Source: Staphylothermus marinus F1 (lineage in GTDB: Archaea; Thermoproteota; Thermoprotei_A; Sulfolobales; Desulfurococcaceae). From it: a stretch of DNA of 32,000 nucleotides. The DNA lies in assembly GCF_000015945.1 (NCBI RefSeq), contig NC_009033.1:570001-602000 (forward strand), read 5' to 3'. Below the pieces are notes generated by a model that had not been told where the DNA came from, made no database searches, and was given only the letters and a program-made list of their open reading frames with translations. Each line of letters starts with the position of its first letter. The first letter of the stretch is position 1. The position numbers were made by a program, and so were the translations under genes. Shown in pieces: positions 1-9,708 of this stretch.

Positions 1-834
1 GTATAAGTTGTAGATCTCATAGAGTTTAAACGAGTATATTTTAAATGCTTGCTCGATCCCACTCGGCTTATCTATTAAACGATCAAGTCCACCAATTACT
101 AAATCAATGATTTTATCCAGATTTCTTTCTAATTCATTATCCAAATAGTATTTATAAACAAGATCAAGTAAACGATCAACCCATTCAGGCCTCCACCCAG
201 CAGCTTCGACCTCATTTACCAATTCCAATATAGGCTCTACTGATTCTGTTGTATAGAGGTACATGGGTATCTTTTCGAGAAAGCTGTTATGAAGGAATAA
301 TTCTAGCTGTCTCATGTGTTTCTTTAACCTTTTATAGAGGAATTTTAATCCTTCCAATCCTCTTGACGCTTTTGCTGAAATATCTTTCTCTACTTCAAGT
401 TTCTTTTTGATCCCCCCCAACCTTTCCATTGCCTTCTTTAATCTATCATATGTATAATCAACTATTGCTCTTAATAGTAGGTTTTCCGGAGAAGTTAATG
501 TGTAGCTAATCACTTTCTGTGCAATAGGTCTTCCTATAATTATATTTCTTAGTGTATTAGGCCAGTCAATAATACCTCTAACGTTCCATTCCTCAATACT
601 GCCAAGTACGCGTTTTTGAATGAGCATTGTGTTAGCTTCCTCGATTATCTCTACAAGCTCCTCAGCAAGACTGTTAAGCCTCAATAAATATAATATAAAC
701 TGGACAATGGGCTTAGCATCAAAAGGCGTGTCACGCCTTTTCTCAATGATCTCCTCAAGTTCTTTTCCAGATAAAAATAGTTTAAATGGGTTCAGTTCGA
801 GAGATACATATAAATCAATTATTGCATCATGCAT
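1..834 (-). CDS. McrC-like nuclease subunit paralog, N-terminal 278 codons only (gene runs off the left edge of the window)
   Basis: Absent from the supplied ORF track because it is truncated by the window edge. Hand translation of the minus strand from the ATG at 834 gives 278 codons with no stop (MHDAIIDLYVSLELNPF...VRGIIDWPNTLRNIIIGRPIAQKVISYTLTSPENLLLRAIVDYTYDRL...). It starts 26 nt downstream of the stop of the McrB-like gene at 860..2482. The segment RGxIxWPxT...SPExLLL aligns with RGRINFPKTIV...SPETLLLANIALE of the 433-aa McrC-like protein at 2867..4168. Confidence 0.55.
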   Translation of the reverse strand, partial: MHDAIIDLYVSLELNPFKLFLSGKELEEIIEKRRDTPFDAKPIVQFILYLLRLNSLAEELVEIIEEANTMLIQKRVLGSIEEWNVRGIIDWPNTLRNIIIGRPIAQKVISYTLTSPENLLLRAIVDYTYDRLKKAMERLGGIKKKLEVEKDISAKASRGLEGLKFLYKRLKKHMRQLELFLHNSFLEKIPMYLYTTESVEPILELVNEVEAAGWRPEWVDRLLDLVYKYYLDNELERNLDKIIDLVIGGLDRLIDKPSGIEQAFKIYSFKLYEIYNLY

Positions 835-859
835 GTATGAAACGTATTTGTACCATAGT

Positions 860-2482
860 TTATTGCGTTGATTTCTTTTCGAAGACACTGTCTAGAACCT
901 CGTTAACGTGTTTCCTAACTCTTCTATCCCACAATCTCGATAATGGCAGGGAGGTTTCAATGTATTTTCTAAGAACCTTGTCTAAATCTTCAATTTCTTT
1001 TCCACTTTTCTTTAAGCTAAGATATGTTGTGATAAAGGATTTAATAGCTCTATAGAGGTTTGCTGGACTTATCACTAGATATGTACTAGTTCCTTTCTCT
1101 GTTTTTGTATAAGAATTGTTAGTTTCCTTATACAATTTTTTCAGCTTCTCATCAATTAAGCTCCTAACATCCTTAATTATACTCTCTATTTCATTGATTC
1201 TAGGGCCTAGCTCTGCTTTTATGTTTTCATAGACCTTGTCTAGTAATTTGTCTATATTATTAGGTGGCTTGATCTCTACTATTGCGAATCTTCTTGCAAA
1301 CGCGTCGCCGAGTGTAAATAAGTTTCTTACATCAACTTGGTTCATGGTGGCAATTATTCTAAAATCTAACGGTACACGATAACCAATAACCTTATCTCCC
1401 ACTTTTACCTTAGCAAGATACTCTTTACCTTCATCATTTTCGTTTTCAAGATATTCTATGAACTTTTTAGCATATTTATCAGCCATGTCTTTTTCAACAT
1501 AGCTTCTTATCTCTTCAAAAAGCTCTTCTGGAATAATTCTTTCACTGGGGTTATGGCTTGAGAATATTAGGAAGAATTCAGCGAAAGCCTTATCAACATC
1601 TGCACGATTAACCTCATCTATTATAAGATAAACACCTCGAACCCCTGAGCTACACTCTTTATACATCTGTGAATTCTCGATATGCTTAACAATAGCTCTT
1701 ATCAAGAACCCACTCCGCCACCTAGCCTCCTTACCCTCAAGCATTAATCCCCCAATAACATCGTACCGGCTCCAATGAGCAGTGGCGACAACATAGTATG
1801 GTTCATAGCCTCTAGCAATAGCTATTTCTCTTGCAAGAGAAGTTTTACCCGTACCTGGATAACCCACAAGTAATACGTTCTCACCAGCATCAAGAAGACT
1901 ATTAATAAGCATAAGTATATCTTCATCAATGAAGAACTTTTTTGAAATATGATCCCTAATATCTTCATAACGGATTTCCTTATGCATACATTTTGACGTA
2001 AAATTCTTTAACCCCCCAAGCTCCAATATAAAAGCTGCTACTCCAGGGTTTATTGAAGATAGATATTTCTCTGGAATGGAGATCTTGTCTGAAACTTCAT
2101 CATAGCTAATTTTTCTATGAAATTCAAGGAAATCCTTTAATTCAACATAATAAAATTGATCATATTTTCCTAGCCATTCATCAGCGAATTTACCATAGGA
2201 TTCATTCTGTATATTGAGCTCTTTAAATTTATTTAACAAATCGTTTTTGTTTAAAACTAAAGCCTTTCTTGCAACACGCGATATACCCACAAACGTTCTT
2301 TTAAGATTTTTAGCCCTACTAGAAGTGTAGTGAAGTATACAGTCGCCCGGCTTAAGTTCATCCATTTTTTCCCATCTTTTACCATGTGGTGCCCACAAAC
2401 ACTTACCTATATGTCCAGGGTAGGGTGAACGAGTAACCTCGAGGAAGAATCTATTACATGTATAAGTATAATTAGCCGGCAA
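860..2482 (-). CDS. McrB-like AAA+ (AAA_5 family) NTPase with a distinct N-terminal putative DNA-reader domain
   Basis: 540-aa ORF. Walker A is LLVGYPGTGKTS. The Walker B / McrB-type signature is YLIIDEVNRADVDKAFAEFF, followed by FRIIATMNQVD...FARRF. The first ~190 aa are non-ATPase (HIGKCLWAPHGKRWEKMDELKPGDCILHY), where McrB-family proteins carry their DNA-binding domain. It is a paralog of the 548-aa protein at 4152..5798. Confidence 0.8.
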   Translation of the reverse strand: MPANYTYTCNRFFLEVTRSPYPGHIGKCLWAPHGKRWEKMDELKPGDCILHYTSSRAKNLKRTFVGISRVARKALVLNKNDLLNKFKELNIQNESYGKFADEWLGKYDQFYYVELKDFLEFHRKISYDEVSDKISIPEKYLSSINPGVAAFILELGGLKNFTSKCMHKEIRYEDIRDHISKKFFIDEDILMLINSLLDAGENVLLVGYPGTGKTSLAREIAIARGYEPYYVVATAHWSRYDVIGGLMLEGKEARWRSGFLIRAIVKHIENSQMYKECSSGVRGVYLIIDEVNRADVDKAFAEFFLIFSSHNPSERIIPEELFEEIRSYVEKDMADKYAKKFIEYLENENDEGKEYLAKVKVGDKVIGYRVPLDFRIIATMNQVDVRNLFTLGDAFARRFAIVEIKPPNNIDKLLDKVYENIKAELGPRINEIESIIKDVRSLIDEKLKKLYKETNNSYTKTEKGTSTYLVISPANLYRAIKSFITTYLSLKKSGKEIEDLDKVLRKYIETSLPLSRLWDRRVRKHVNEVLDSVFEKKSTQ

Positions 2483-2866
2483 GTCTTATGTCCTCTTCAC
2501 CCTATTTCTTATTTATTATAGCTCTTTAATATAAAATCAGCTAGATAAGTTTATAATCATCTACACTAGTATAGTCTTACCTTAATATTTTCAGTCTCTG
2601 ACAAACAAGTATTTCTATATGGTGCTCTTTTAAATCGGGGATTTTGCTAGAAATAGTCCTTGAAAAAAATGTTTAAAATCGATAATTATTTGGCTGATTT
2701 ATTGGTTAAGTTTAGGAGATAAAGTTTGTTAATTAGATAAGTTAAGTAATTCTTCTTAATAAAGGGATCTTTATTGTGTTAAATAATTAAAACTAACTAT
2801 AAATCAATAATTTATACAGTGGTATAGGATCTGTGTCTAAAAGGCCTAAAAATGGTTAGCCCGTGT

Positions 2867-4168
2867 TTAGTCTAACTTTTTAATAACGCTTTCCTCGACT
2901 ATATTTATGTGTTCTTTAATGAGTTGATCTAGTTCTTTTATTTCATTTATTTTTCTAAAGTTTAACGGTATTATTGCGATATATTTGTTATTGTCGTTTA
3001 TAGGTATTGGTTTATGTAAGCTGTTTGTTTCTTGTAGATAGGTGGCGTTGAAGATTATTGCTCCTTTATCTACGTTGTATTCGTTCATATATCCTAGTAC
3101 TATTCTTAGCTCCCTGTATATGTCTGGTAAATTTTGTCTCTGCTTTGCATCCATAACAAATATTATTTCTTCCTCATTTCCCCTGTTAATTGTTATTATT
3201 ATATCTGGTCTGCCAGCTTCAGGTCCTCCAATTATCTGTTTGTTTCTGGTAAGCCAGCTTTTGTCGCTGAAGCCTTTACTATGATAGATCCTGTAACTAA
3301 TATTTTTCCCATTTTCCCTAACATTTACTTCTATAAATTCCCCTCTATGATCAATAACTATTTCTTTTATTCCTAGGTGTTCTAGTTTTAAAAGTAAAGT
3401 GTATGATATTAGATAATAAGTATAGATCTCGAATACTCTCTCAAACTCTGCTCCTACGACAAAACCTGTAAACCCGGATTCTCCGCGAGTAGCGATCTCT
3501 TCTTTAATATTCATGATTGTTTGAAGATACTGTTTAAAACTTTTAGCAAGAAAATAGTATCCGTAGTTTCCACGTTCAAGAACGGTATCGCATAGTTGTA
3601 GGAGTGAATCATAATCTTCTCTTTCAGCTATACCTGCTAGATCAGTTATCCATAATATACTACCATATATCTCTCTTAGATCATCAAGTATTAAACCTAT
3701 AATCTTATTTAACAAATTGTTTTCAGTCACTACTTTTTCTTCTAGATCCTCGATTATCTTCTTAATTTCCAGAGCGATATTCGCCAATAATAATGTCTCG
3801 GGAGAATCATATAGTCTTTTAATTATGCTTGATACTATTAAGAGTCTACCACTACCATAATGTACTATTGTTTTTGGAAAATTAATTCTTCCTCTAGCAA
3901 AAATATCTGTTTGCTCCTCATAATGGGTTTCATAGATCAGTTCTAATGGTATTCTTTTTAGAGTTTCTATAACTTTTCTTATAGATAAAACACGTGCAAT
4001 AAGCAAACTAGTTTTATATATGTCCCTTAAAACAGTATCTTTCACTTTCCCCCAAAATTTTACAGGATAACCTCTAACATAGCTGTAGAAGAGAAATAAT
4101 CCTATAAGCCTAACAGTAACCATATACAATGTCTCTAAGAGGCTAGAGTCTTCAGAACTTTGAGACAA
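2867..4168 (-). CDS. McrC-like PD-(D/E)xK nuclease subunit
   Basis: 433-aa ORF whose start overlaps the upstream McrB-like gene by 17 nt. The C-terminal nuclease-like motif is GRPDIIITINRGNEEEIIFVMDAKQR (D ... D-x-K). Its position immediately downstream of a McrB-type NTPase matches mcrBC operons. Confidence 0.7.
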   Translation of the reverse strand: MSQSSEDSSLLETLYMVTVRLIGLFLFYSYVRGYPVKFWGKVKDTVLRDIYKTSLLIARVLSIRKVIETLKRIPLELIYETHYEEQTDIFARGRINFPKTIVHYGSGRLLIVSSIIKRLYDSPETLLLANIALEIKKIIEDLEEKVVTENNLLNKIIGLILDDLREIYGSILWITDLAGIAEREDYDSLLQLCDTVLERGNYGYYFLAKSFKQYLQTIMNIKEEIATRGESGFTGFVVGAEFERVFEIYTYYLISYTLLLKLEHLGIKEIVIDHRGEFIEVNVRENGKNISYRIYHSKGFSDKSWLTRNKQIIGGPEAGRPDIIITINRGNEEEIIFVMDAKQRQNLPDIYRELRIVLGYMNEYNVDKGAIIFNATYLQETNSLHKPIPINDNNKYIAIIPLNFRKINEIKELDQLIKEHINIVEESVIKKLD

Positions 4169-5798
4169 TACTATCTACCATTTCAACAAGTCCTCTATAA
4201 TCATCTAGCTTTCCTACTTTCTTAATATTCACTAATGCATCAATGTATTTCTTTGGTATCATTATCTTAGATATCTCGGGATCGAGAATTGAAGCCAGAG
4301 ATCTAGATAATGCTTCATCAACAGCGTTTTTGATATCCTTCGAAATATTCATGGTAATAAGATTATATGCATCAATAACGGACTCAATTATATAAGCTAT
4401 TCCTAATGGGAAGTTGTTGTTAATAAATATTTTATAAATTTTCGTTAATTCCTCGGCAACCTCGCTAAGTCTCTGATTATCAACATTGCTGATCTCTTTA
4501 AGTACTTTCCTAGCTTTATTAAAGACTATCCTCTTTAAAACTTCTTCTTCAGAATCAGAGATTTTCTGTGGGAATACTCTTATAATATGGAATCTTCTAA
4601 GCAGGGCATAACCTAGTGTATATAAATGGGTTATATCCCATGTGTTAATTGTTGCTATTACTCTAAATCCCCAGGGTAGACTATTGTTTGCTCTAATATA
4701 TTTGAGTATTATTTCAGCAGCTTCATCTTTATCATCATAGCTTTTAATTTCATCAATAAGTGTCTGAGGCAGCCTCCACTGACTAGGATCAACTCCTGGA
4801 TATATTGTGAAGAACTCTGCTAAAACCTTATCAGCTTCACAACGGTTCAATTCATCAATAAGCAATAATACTCCTCTAAACTTCGTGTTCCCACTACTTT
4901 CATTCATATACTCAATATGTTTTGCAAGAGCTAATAGAAACACGCCACTCCTCCACTTGAACCCTTTGGAAGAAATAATTGGTCCCCCTATGAAGTCGTA
5001 CCGGGTCCATGTAGAAGAAGCAGTACTGCTTACCAATTCATAGTTGAGATAATCAGCAAGAAGTTCTGTTAAATACGATTTACCAGTACCTGGTGGCCCC
5101 ACCAATAATAAGTGTTTACCCTTATTATAACCTGAAACAATGCTGTTTAAGATGCTATCCGCATAGAAACCGTTGTTTCTCAATACATATTCTCTGAATT
5201 CCCTGTAATCAATGAGGCTTGGACGAGAAGGCTGTTGTCTAGGCTTTGTTTTCTCTAATCCTCTAGAGTGTATTGCTTCATAATCCTCAGGCCTAATAGG
5301 TACTAGATATCTCCCAGTCCATGTGATGTGGCTAATAATATCTCTAACTTGATCATACTTGACTGGATTTTCATATTTACGATACTCAGCCAGTCTAAAC
5401 AAGAAGAAACGATCACTCCTTGATGGACGTATTATTCTCCTAATAGCAATGAAATACTGGTCAATAGTATCTGAACTAATACCATTATCGAGGAAAATTT
5501 TCCTAAGCACCTTTTTGATCTCTGGCCAAGAATACTCCTTTACAATCTTATTATTCTCTTTACTAAGAACTGATTCGCCTATGAAGGTTTTACCTAAATC
5601 ATGACTAGCTCTAGATCCGATATAGTGGATTATTTTAAGCTCACCAAACTTTTCGAGAGAATATCTTATCCCCCTATATTCTGATGCGTGCTTCTTAATC
5701 ATGCCCCATAGCGTTAACCCTATATGATCCAGGGTAGGAAGTATCCAATTATTTATTTCAACCCAATATTTTGAAAACCCCAATATTTTGTTATTCAA
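4152..5798 (-). CDS. McrB-like AAA+ (AAA_5 family) NTPase with N-terminal putative DNA-reader domain
   Basis: 548-aa ORF. Walker A is LLVGPPGTGKSY, with signature VLLLIDELNRCEADKVLAEFF and FRVIATINTWD...LLRRF. The N-terminal ~200 aa shares the pattern HIG..LW...(I/L)HY..SRA...TF(I/V)G with the 540-aa paralog. Confidence 0.8.
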   Translation of the reverse strand: MNNKILGFSKYWVEINNWILPTLDHIGLTLWGMIKKHASEYRGIRYSLEKFGELKIIHYIGSRASHDLGKTFIGESVLSKENNKIVKEYSWPEIKKVLRKIFLDNGISSDTIDQYFIAIRRIIRPSRSDRFFLFRLAEYRKYENPVKYDQVRDIISHITWTGRYLVPIRPEDYEAIHSRGLEKTKPRQQPSRPSLIDYREFREYVLRNNGFYADSILNSIVSGYNKGKHLLLVGPPGTGKSYLTELLADYLNYELVSSTASSTWTRYDFIGGPIISSKGFKWRSGVFLLALAKHIEYMNESSGNTKFRGVLLLIDELNRCEADKVLAEFFTIYPGVDPSQWRLPQTLIDEIKSYDDKDEAAEIILKYIRANNSLPWGFRVIATINTWDITHLYTLGYALLRRFHIIRVFPQKISDSEEEVLKRIVFNKARKVLKEISNVDNQRLSEVAEELTKIYKIFINNNFPLGIAYIIESVIDAYNLITMNISKDIKNAVDEALSRSLASILDPEISKIMIPKKYIDALVNIKKVGKLDDYRGLVEMVDSIVSKF

Positions 5799-5805
5799 TA
5801 TATTT

Positions 5806-6255
5806 TCACCTTTTATCGATTCCGAGAAGTATTCTTAGAGCTCTAGCTGGTCTGAGAATTCCAAGATATTTTTGTTCTCTAAATCTCTCAGTAATTATTC
5901 CCGCCCAATATTTTAAGTCTAAATATGTAAGTGTGTTAAGAGCTTCAATTGCTTGGAGTTTTTTCTTATAAGTTCTCAAATTACTAGTGATAGCGGCGTA
6001 GATTAATACCTTTGCATATGTTTCCCAATTATCTATTGTGAAGGTCATAATTTTTCTGCCGCCTTTCTTTTTGAAGCCGTTTCTAAGAGCATATTGCATT
6101 AGTAATTGAGGATTACATCTAATTTTTACTTCTAATACTCCTCTGCTCCTGGTTGTGCCAGCATAAAATCTTGAAATTCCCTTATTATTCTTAGAATTAG
6201 AATAAATTACTAAGTAATATAGAGGCTTAGCTTCCTCATCAATAGTAAAGCTCAT
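5806..6255 (-). CDS. Hypothetical 149-aa protein, translationally coupled between the DUF499 ATPase and the McrB-like gene
   Basis: Its ATG shares one base with the TAA stop of the upstream ATPase (TAATG at 6253-6257). Its stop lies 7 nt before the McrB-like start. The protein is basic and I recognise no motif. Confidence 0.5.
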   Translation of the reverse strand: MSFTIDEEAKPLYYLVIYSNSKNNKGISRFYAGTTRSRGVLEVKIRCNPQLLMQYALRNGFKKKGGRKIMTFTIDNWETYAKVLIYAAITSNLRTYKKKLQAIEALNTLTYLDLKYWAGIITERFREQKYLGILRPARALRILLGIDKR

Positions 6256-9200
6256 TATTTTCTCCTCACAACTGTTACTTCTATGCCGGCGTATCTAATG
6301 TATTTGTCAAGCATTCTTTTAAGAGTTGAATTAATAATTATTTCTTTTGTAAATTCTGCCTCAAAGCTTCCCTTAACAGATATATTTGAACCCATATAAC
6401 CTAGCAGATCGCTAATAACCTCATAGACAATTACTGGGTCAGCTTGTTTAAATAAAACATTACCCACTCCATACTCACGGCTTTCCACATGTAGTTCCAT
6501 TTTATTAACAATGAATACATTCTCATCTGGTTTATTTACTAATTCATTTAATTCATTAATAAGCTCTAGCACATCTCTATAGTTCTTATTGTTAACTAAG
6601 CTCTTAATACCGATCAATATATCTCCTTTTTCAAAAACCCCTGGTTTCTCAACAATAATGATGCTGGTCTTAGGCTTAACAATTATTATTCCCTCATATG
6701 AATTACCATAATCGTCGATTGCCTTAATCGTTATCAATGTTTGTTGCCTGATCTTTGAACCATTAATTTTGATCCATGTTTTAAATGGCACTTGTCCTTC
6801 AAGAACTCCATGATCTGTTACTACATCACTAGATACGTTAATTTTAATATTACCTCTATAATCTCCTAGAGGTTGAGCCTCAATTCTCACGTCTACGCTA
6901 TCGTCCGGTGAAATCTCAATATATGATGGTTCGACTATCAGGTTTATCCCTGTTCTCAGAATATTTTCCTCCTTAACAATGAAGCCGTCTCTAAGAATTA
7001 TTTCCCAGTCCGGAAACTTTTCGATATCCTTAATTGGATACTTATTGTTTCTGTATATAACGTAGTAGTTTAACTTGAGAATACCCTTATCTTTCCTTGC
7101 CCCATTGTTTTCTTCTATATCCCTCTTGATCTCTTCTAGCATCTCTCTTAGCGCGTCTCGCCAATGCATTATAATAAAACTTTCCCGAATACTTGTTGGC
7201 ACTTCTCCTCTATCCTTGTCAGTAAATGACGTAATATCGCTTGGTGAGTATATGTGTTTAAAGTATCTTCTATTGAACTCGTCTATTAAGGCGATTTCCA
7301 GGTTTGATACACCCTCTTTGATGGCATCTATTATTCTACTTTCTCTTATCATAGGTAGTTCGGGCCTAGTCTTAAAGACGTTGATAACATCTCCAACACT
7401 GATCTTTCTCCCAGGGTTTATCTCAATTTCCACTTTGCTTAAATAAGTCTTTAACGATTCAAAATTTAATGATCTAACTATTTTGCCGATGTTTGGAGAG
7501 CTAAGTGCTGAGACAACTTTTTCGCTAATTGATCTATCAGATGTTGTAGCATATGTTTTCTCAACAATTCTTCTAGAACCCCTAACTACCGGATAATATA
7601 CTTGATCAAAGAAGTTGAGAATATTCGTTAATAAAATGTTCTCGAACACTCTCTTCTGATAAGCTGCAATACTTCTCTCAATATCCCTGATCTCCTTGGC
7701 ATAACCACTATACAGCTCATTAATTCTATCCATAATTATTTCCGCTGCTCTCAGAAGAGCTTGATACTCGAGAAGCGATTCAAGCTTGTCCCTTGTTGAA
7801 ATTGTTACTGCTACAACGGTATTAGCATACGTTCTCTCAATTCCTCTAAACTTATAGATCAGTTCTTCGATCTCCTCTTGCTTATTATATAGTATAGCAA
7901 CCAGTTTATAGTAACTGTTATCGGGAACCTCCGCCTCTGACGCATATTTATAAACTGATATATTCTTTGTATCGAATATTTCAACATAATTAAATTGTTC
8001 CATAGAATAAACACTAGCTTCTCTAGATCTGCCTATCTCGATTAAACGTGAGGTCATTAATTTATGTATATTCTCCATAAGCAGGTTCTCGACATAGCTC
8101 CTGTTTTCTTCTAGGATTCTTTTAGCTTCTCTTCTAATCCATTCCTTGATGGATGCAATTCTAGAATACCAGTATCTATCGGTTGATTCATCGTAATGTA
8201 GGAATACAGTATAGTTGCTGATCTTGATCTCCGTTAATGCATCTCTTATATCTACTGGCTTAAATCTATTGGTTTCGAAGAATTTTGGTTCATAAACCAT
8301 TTGAGCGATTTCTTTGCTTGTTGGAAACACGGGTTCTGCTTTAAGACTATCATAAGGATAGGTTGACAAGAATATTGTTCTTAGAATTATTTTTGTTAAG
8401 TTTCTCTTTGCTGATTCTCTAGGGATTTTCTTATCTAGTGCAATTATTTCATCAATATATATTTTTTGGTAATCACTATAATCTCCCATGAAGAAGAGGC
8501 CTTCAACGCCTAGCTCGACAGGGTCAATGTGCCATGGCATAATCAGTACTGGGTCCTCATTGCTATTCAATAGTTTTCTTAACAGTAGCCTGGATATTCT
8601 CATTAAGAACCTGGTCCTATTACCGGTAACTCTTTCAGCTATTTCCCTGAGCACACTAATATAGGATGGATGGAAGGGATAGGTCTCGCTAATATCTTTT
8701 TCGAGCTTACTAGTATCCCCAAATACCTCCTTGAATTCATGATATGTATTTATGAGTCTGCGGATCTCATCGTTGGCTTCACTAACTCTGACTTCACTGA
8801 AAAGTCTCTTCTTTATAACATTGAAGAGTTCGGTATTCCTAGATATTGGGGCATATACGTTGCCTGCTACACGTAGTAGAGCGTCTAGGAGATCTCTTAC
8901 GAATTCGCTTATTCTCTTATATCTAGGTTGAGGCTCTATTATTCCTTCAGGCTTCTTTTCAGCAGCAATAGTTATTACTAATACATTGTTTGTTGACTCA
9001 ACAGCTTGAGCTAGTCTATCGAAAAACCTAACTACCTCTCTTATATATCCCTCCTTATTCCTATATTTTGATGATAGAATAGAATCTATATAATCAAGAA
9101 TCTCGTCTACAAGAATAACAACTTTGAGTCCCTGCAATAGTTCTTTAAGAACACTTTGATCAGGACATGTCTCGTTTCTATCATCTCTTTCCACAAGCTC

Positions 9201-9677
9201 GTATCTCTTCAATCTATATGCTAGATAACCCCATAAAGTCTTTATTTTACGCGATCCCTTCTCTAATGGTTTTACAGGGCTTGGTGCTAATTTAGAATCC
9301 TTACCATATACAACTACTATTTCAACACCTTTAACATTCCTATATAATTTATAGACCTCATCTGAGAGTAGATGCGTTGAGTCAGGGCTTAAAACAGCGT
9401 GATAAATAGTTAGTAATGTATGCGTCTTACCTCCGCCGAAAAAGGCTATTATTGGATAAACCTTGCGTCCTTTCCCCTCAGTTAGAGTATTCCCGATCTC
9501 CAATAGAATAGTCCTCATACTATCCGTAAGATATGTTCTTTTGAAAAACTCTTTAGGATCCTTATATATTCTAGGAGCTGTACCATAAACAACCTCATAG
9601 ATCTCAGGTGCTAGTTTCTCGTCAAAACTTGGATCTAGAACATCCTTCCTCACAGAAACATGTTGTTTGAAACCCAT
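6255..9677 (-). CDS. Large P-loop ATPase, DUF499 / BrxC(PglY)-like
   Basis: 1140-aa ORF. The N-terminal region DVLDP...LAPEIYEVVYGTAPRIYKDPKEFFKRTYLTDSM is followed by Walker A AFFGGGKTHTLL and Walker B VVILVDEILDY. This is the pattern I associate with DUF499 ATPases (COG1483), which pair with DUF1156 methylases and also occur as BrxC in BREX. Confidence 0.72.
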   Translation of the reverse strand: MGFKQHVSVRKDVLDPSFDEKLAPEIYEVVYGTAPRIYKDPKEFFKRTYLTDSMRTILLEIGNTLTEGKGRKVYPIIAFFGGGKTHTLLTIYHAVLSPDSTHLLSDEVYKLYRNVKGVEIVVVYGKDSKLAPSPVKPLEKGSRKIKTLWGYLAYRLKRYELVERDDRNETCPDQSVLKELLQGLKVVILVDEILDYIDSILSSKYRNKEGYIREVVRFFDRLAQAVESTNNVLVITIAAEKKPEGIIEPQPRYKRISEFVRDLLDALLRVAGNVYAPISRNTELFNVIKKRLFSEVRVSEANDEIRRLINTYHEFKEVFGDTSKLEKDISETYPFHPSYISVLREIAERVTGNRTRFLMRISRLLLRKLLNSNEDPVLIMPWHIDPVELGVEGLFFMGDYSDYQKIYIDEIIALDKKIPRESAKRNLTKIILRTIFLSTYPYDSLKAEPVFPTSKEIAQMVYEPKFFETNRFKPVDIRDALTEIKISNYTVFLHYDESTDRYWYSRIASIKEWIRREAKRILEENRSYVENLLMENIHKLMTSRLIEIGRSREASVYSMEQFNYVEIFDTKNISVYKYASEAEVPDNSYYKLVAILYNKQEEIEELIYKFRGIERTYANTVVAVTISTRDKLESLLEYQALLRAAEIIMDRINELYSGYAKEIRDIERSIAAYQKRVFENILLTNILNFFDQVYYPVVRGSRRIVEKTYATTSDRSISEKVVSALSSPNIGKIVRSLNFESLKTYLSKVEIEINPGRKISVGDVINVFKTRPELPMIRESRIIDAIKEGVSNLEIALIDEFNRRYFKHIYSPSDITSFTDKDRGEVPTSIRESFIIMHWRDALREMLEEIKRDIEENNGARKDKGILKLNYYVIYRNNKYPIKDIEKFPDWEIILRDGFIVKEENILRTGINLIVEPSYIEISPDDSVDVRIEAQPLGDYRGNIKINVSSDVVTDHGVLEGQVPFKTWIKINGSKIRQQTLITIKAIDDYGNSYEGIIIVKPKTSIIIVEKPGVFEKGDILIGIKSLVNNKNYRDVLELINELNELVNKPDENVFIVNKMELHVESREYGVGNVLFKQADPVIVYEVISDLLGYMGSNISVKGSFEAEFTKEIIINSTLKRMLDKYIRYAGIEVTVVRRK

Positions 9678-9708
9678 AGCTTTTATCCCCTTACCATATA
9701 TGTTTTAT

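Noticed and set aside
620-1055. Plus-strand ORFs 620..871 and 786..1055
   Set aside because: They are antisense to the McrC-like and McrB-like genes, serine/leucine-rich, and carry no motifs. They are shadow ORFs.
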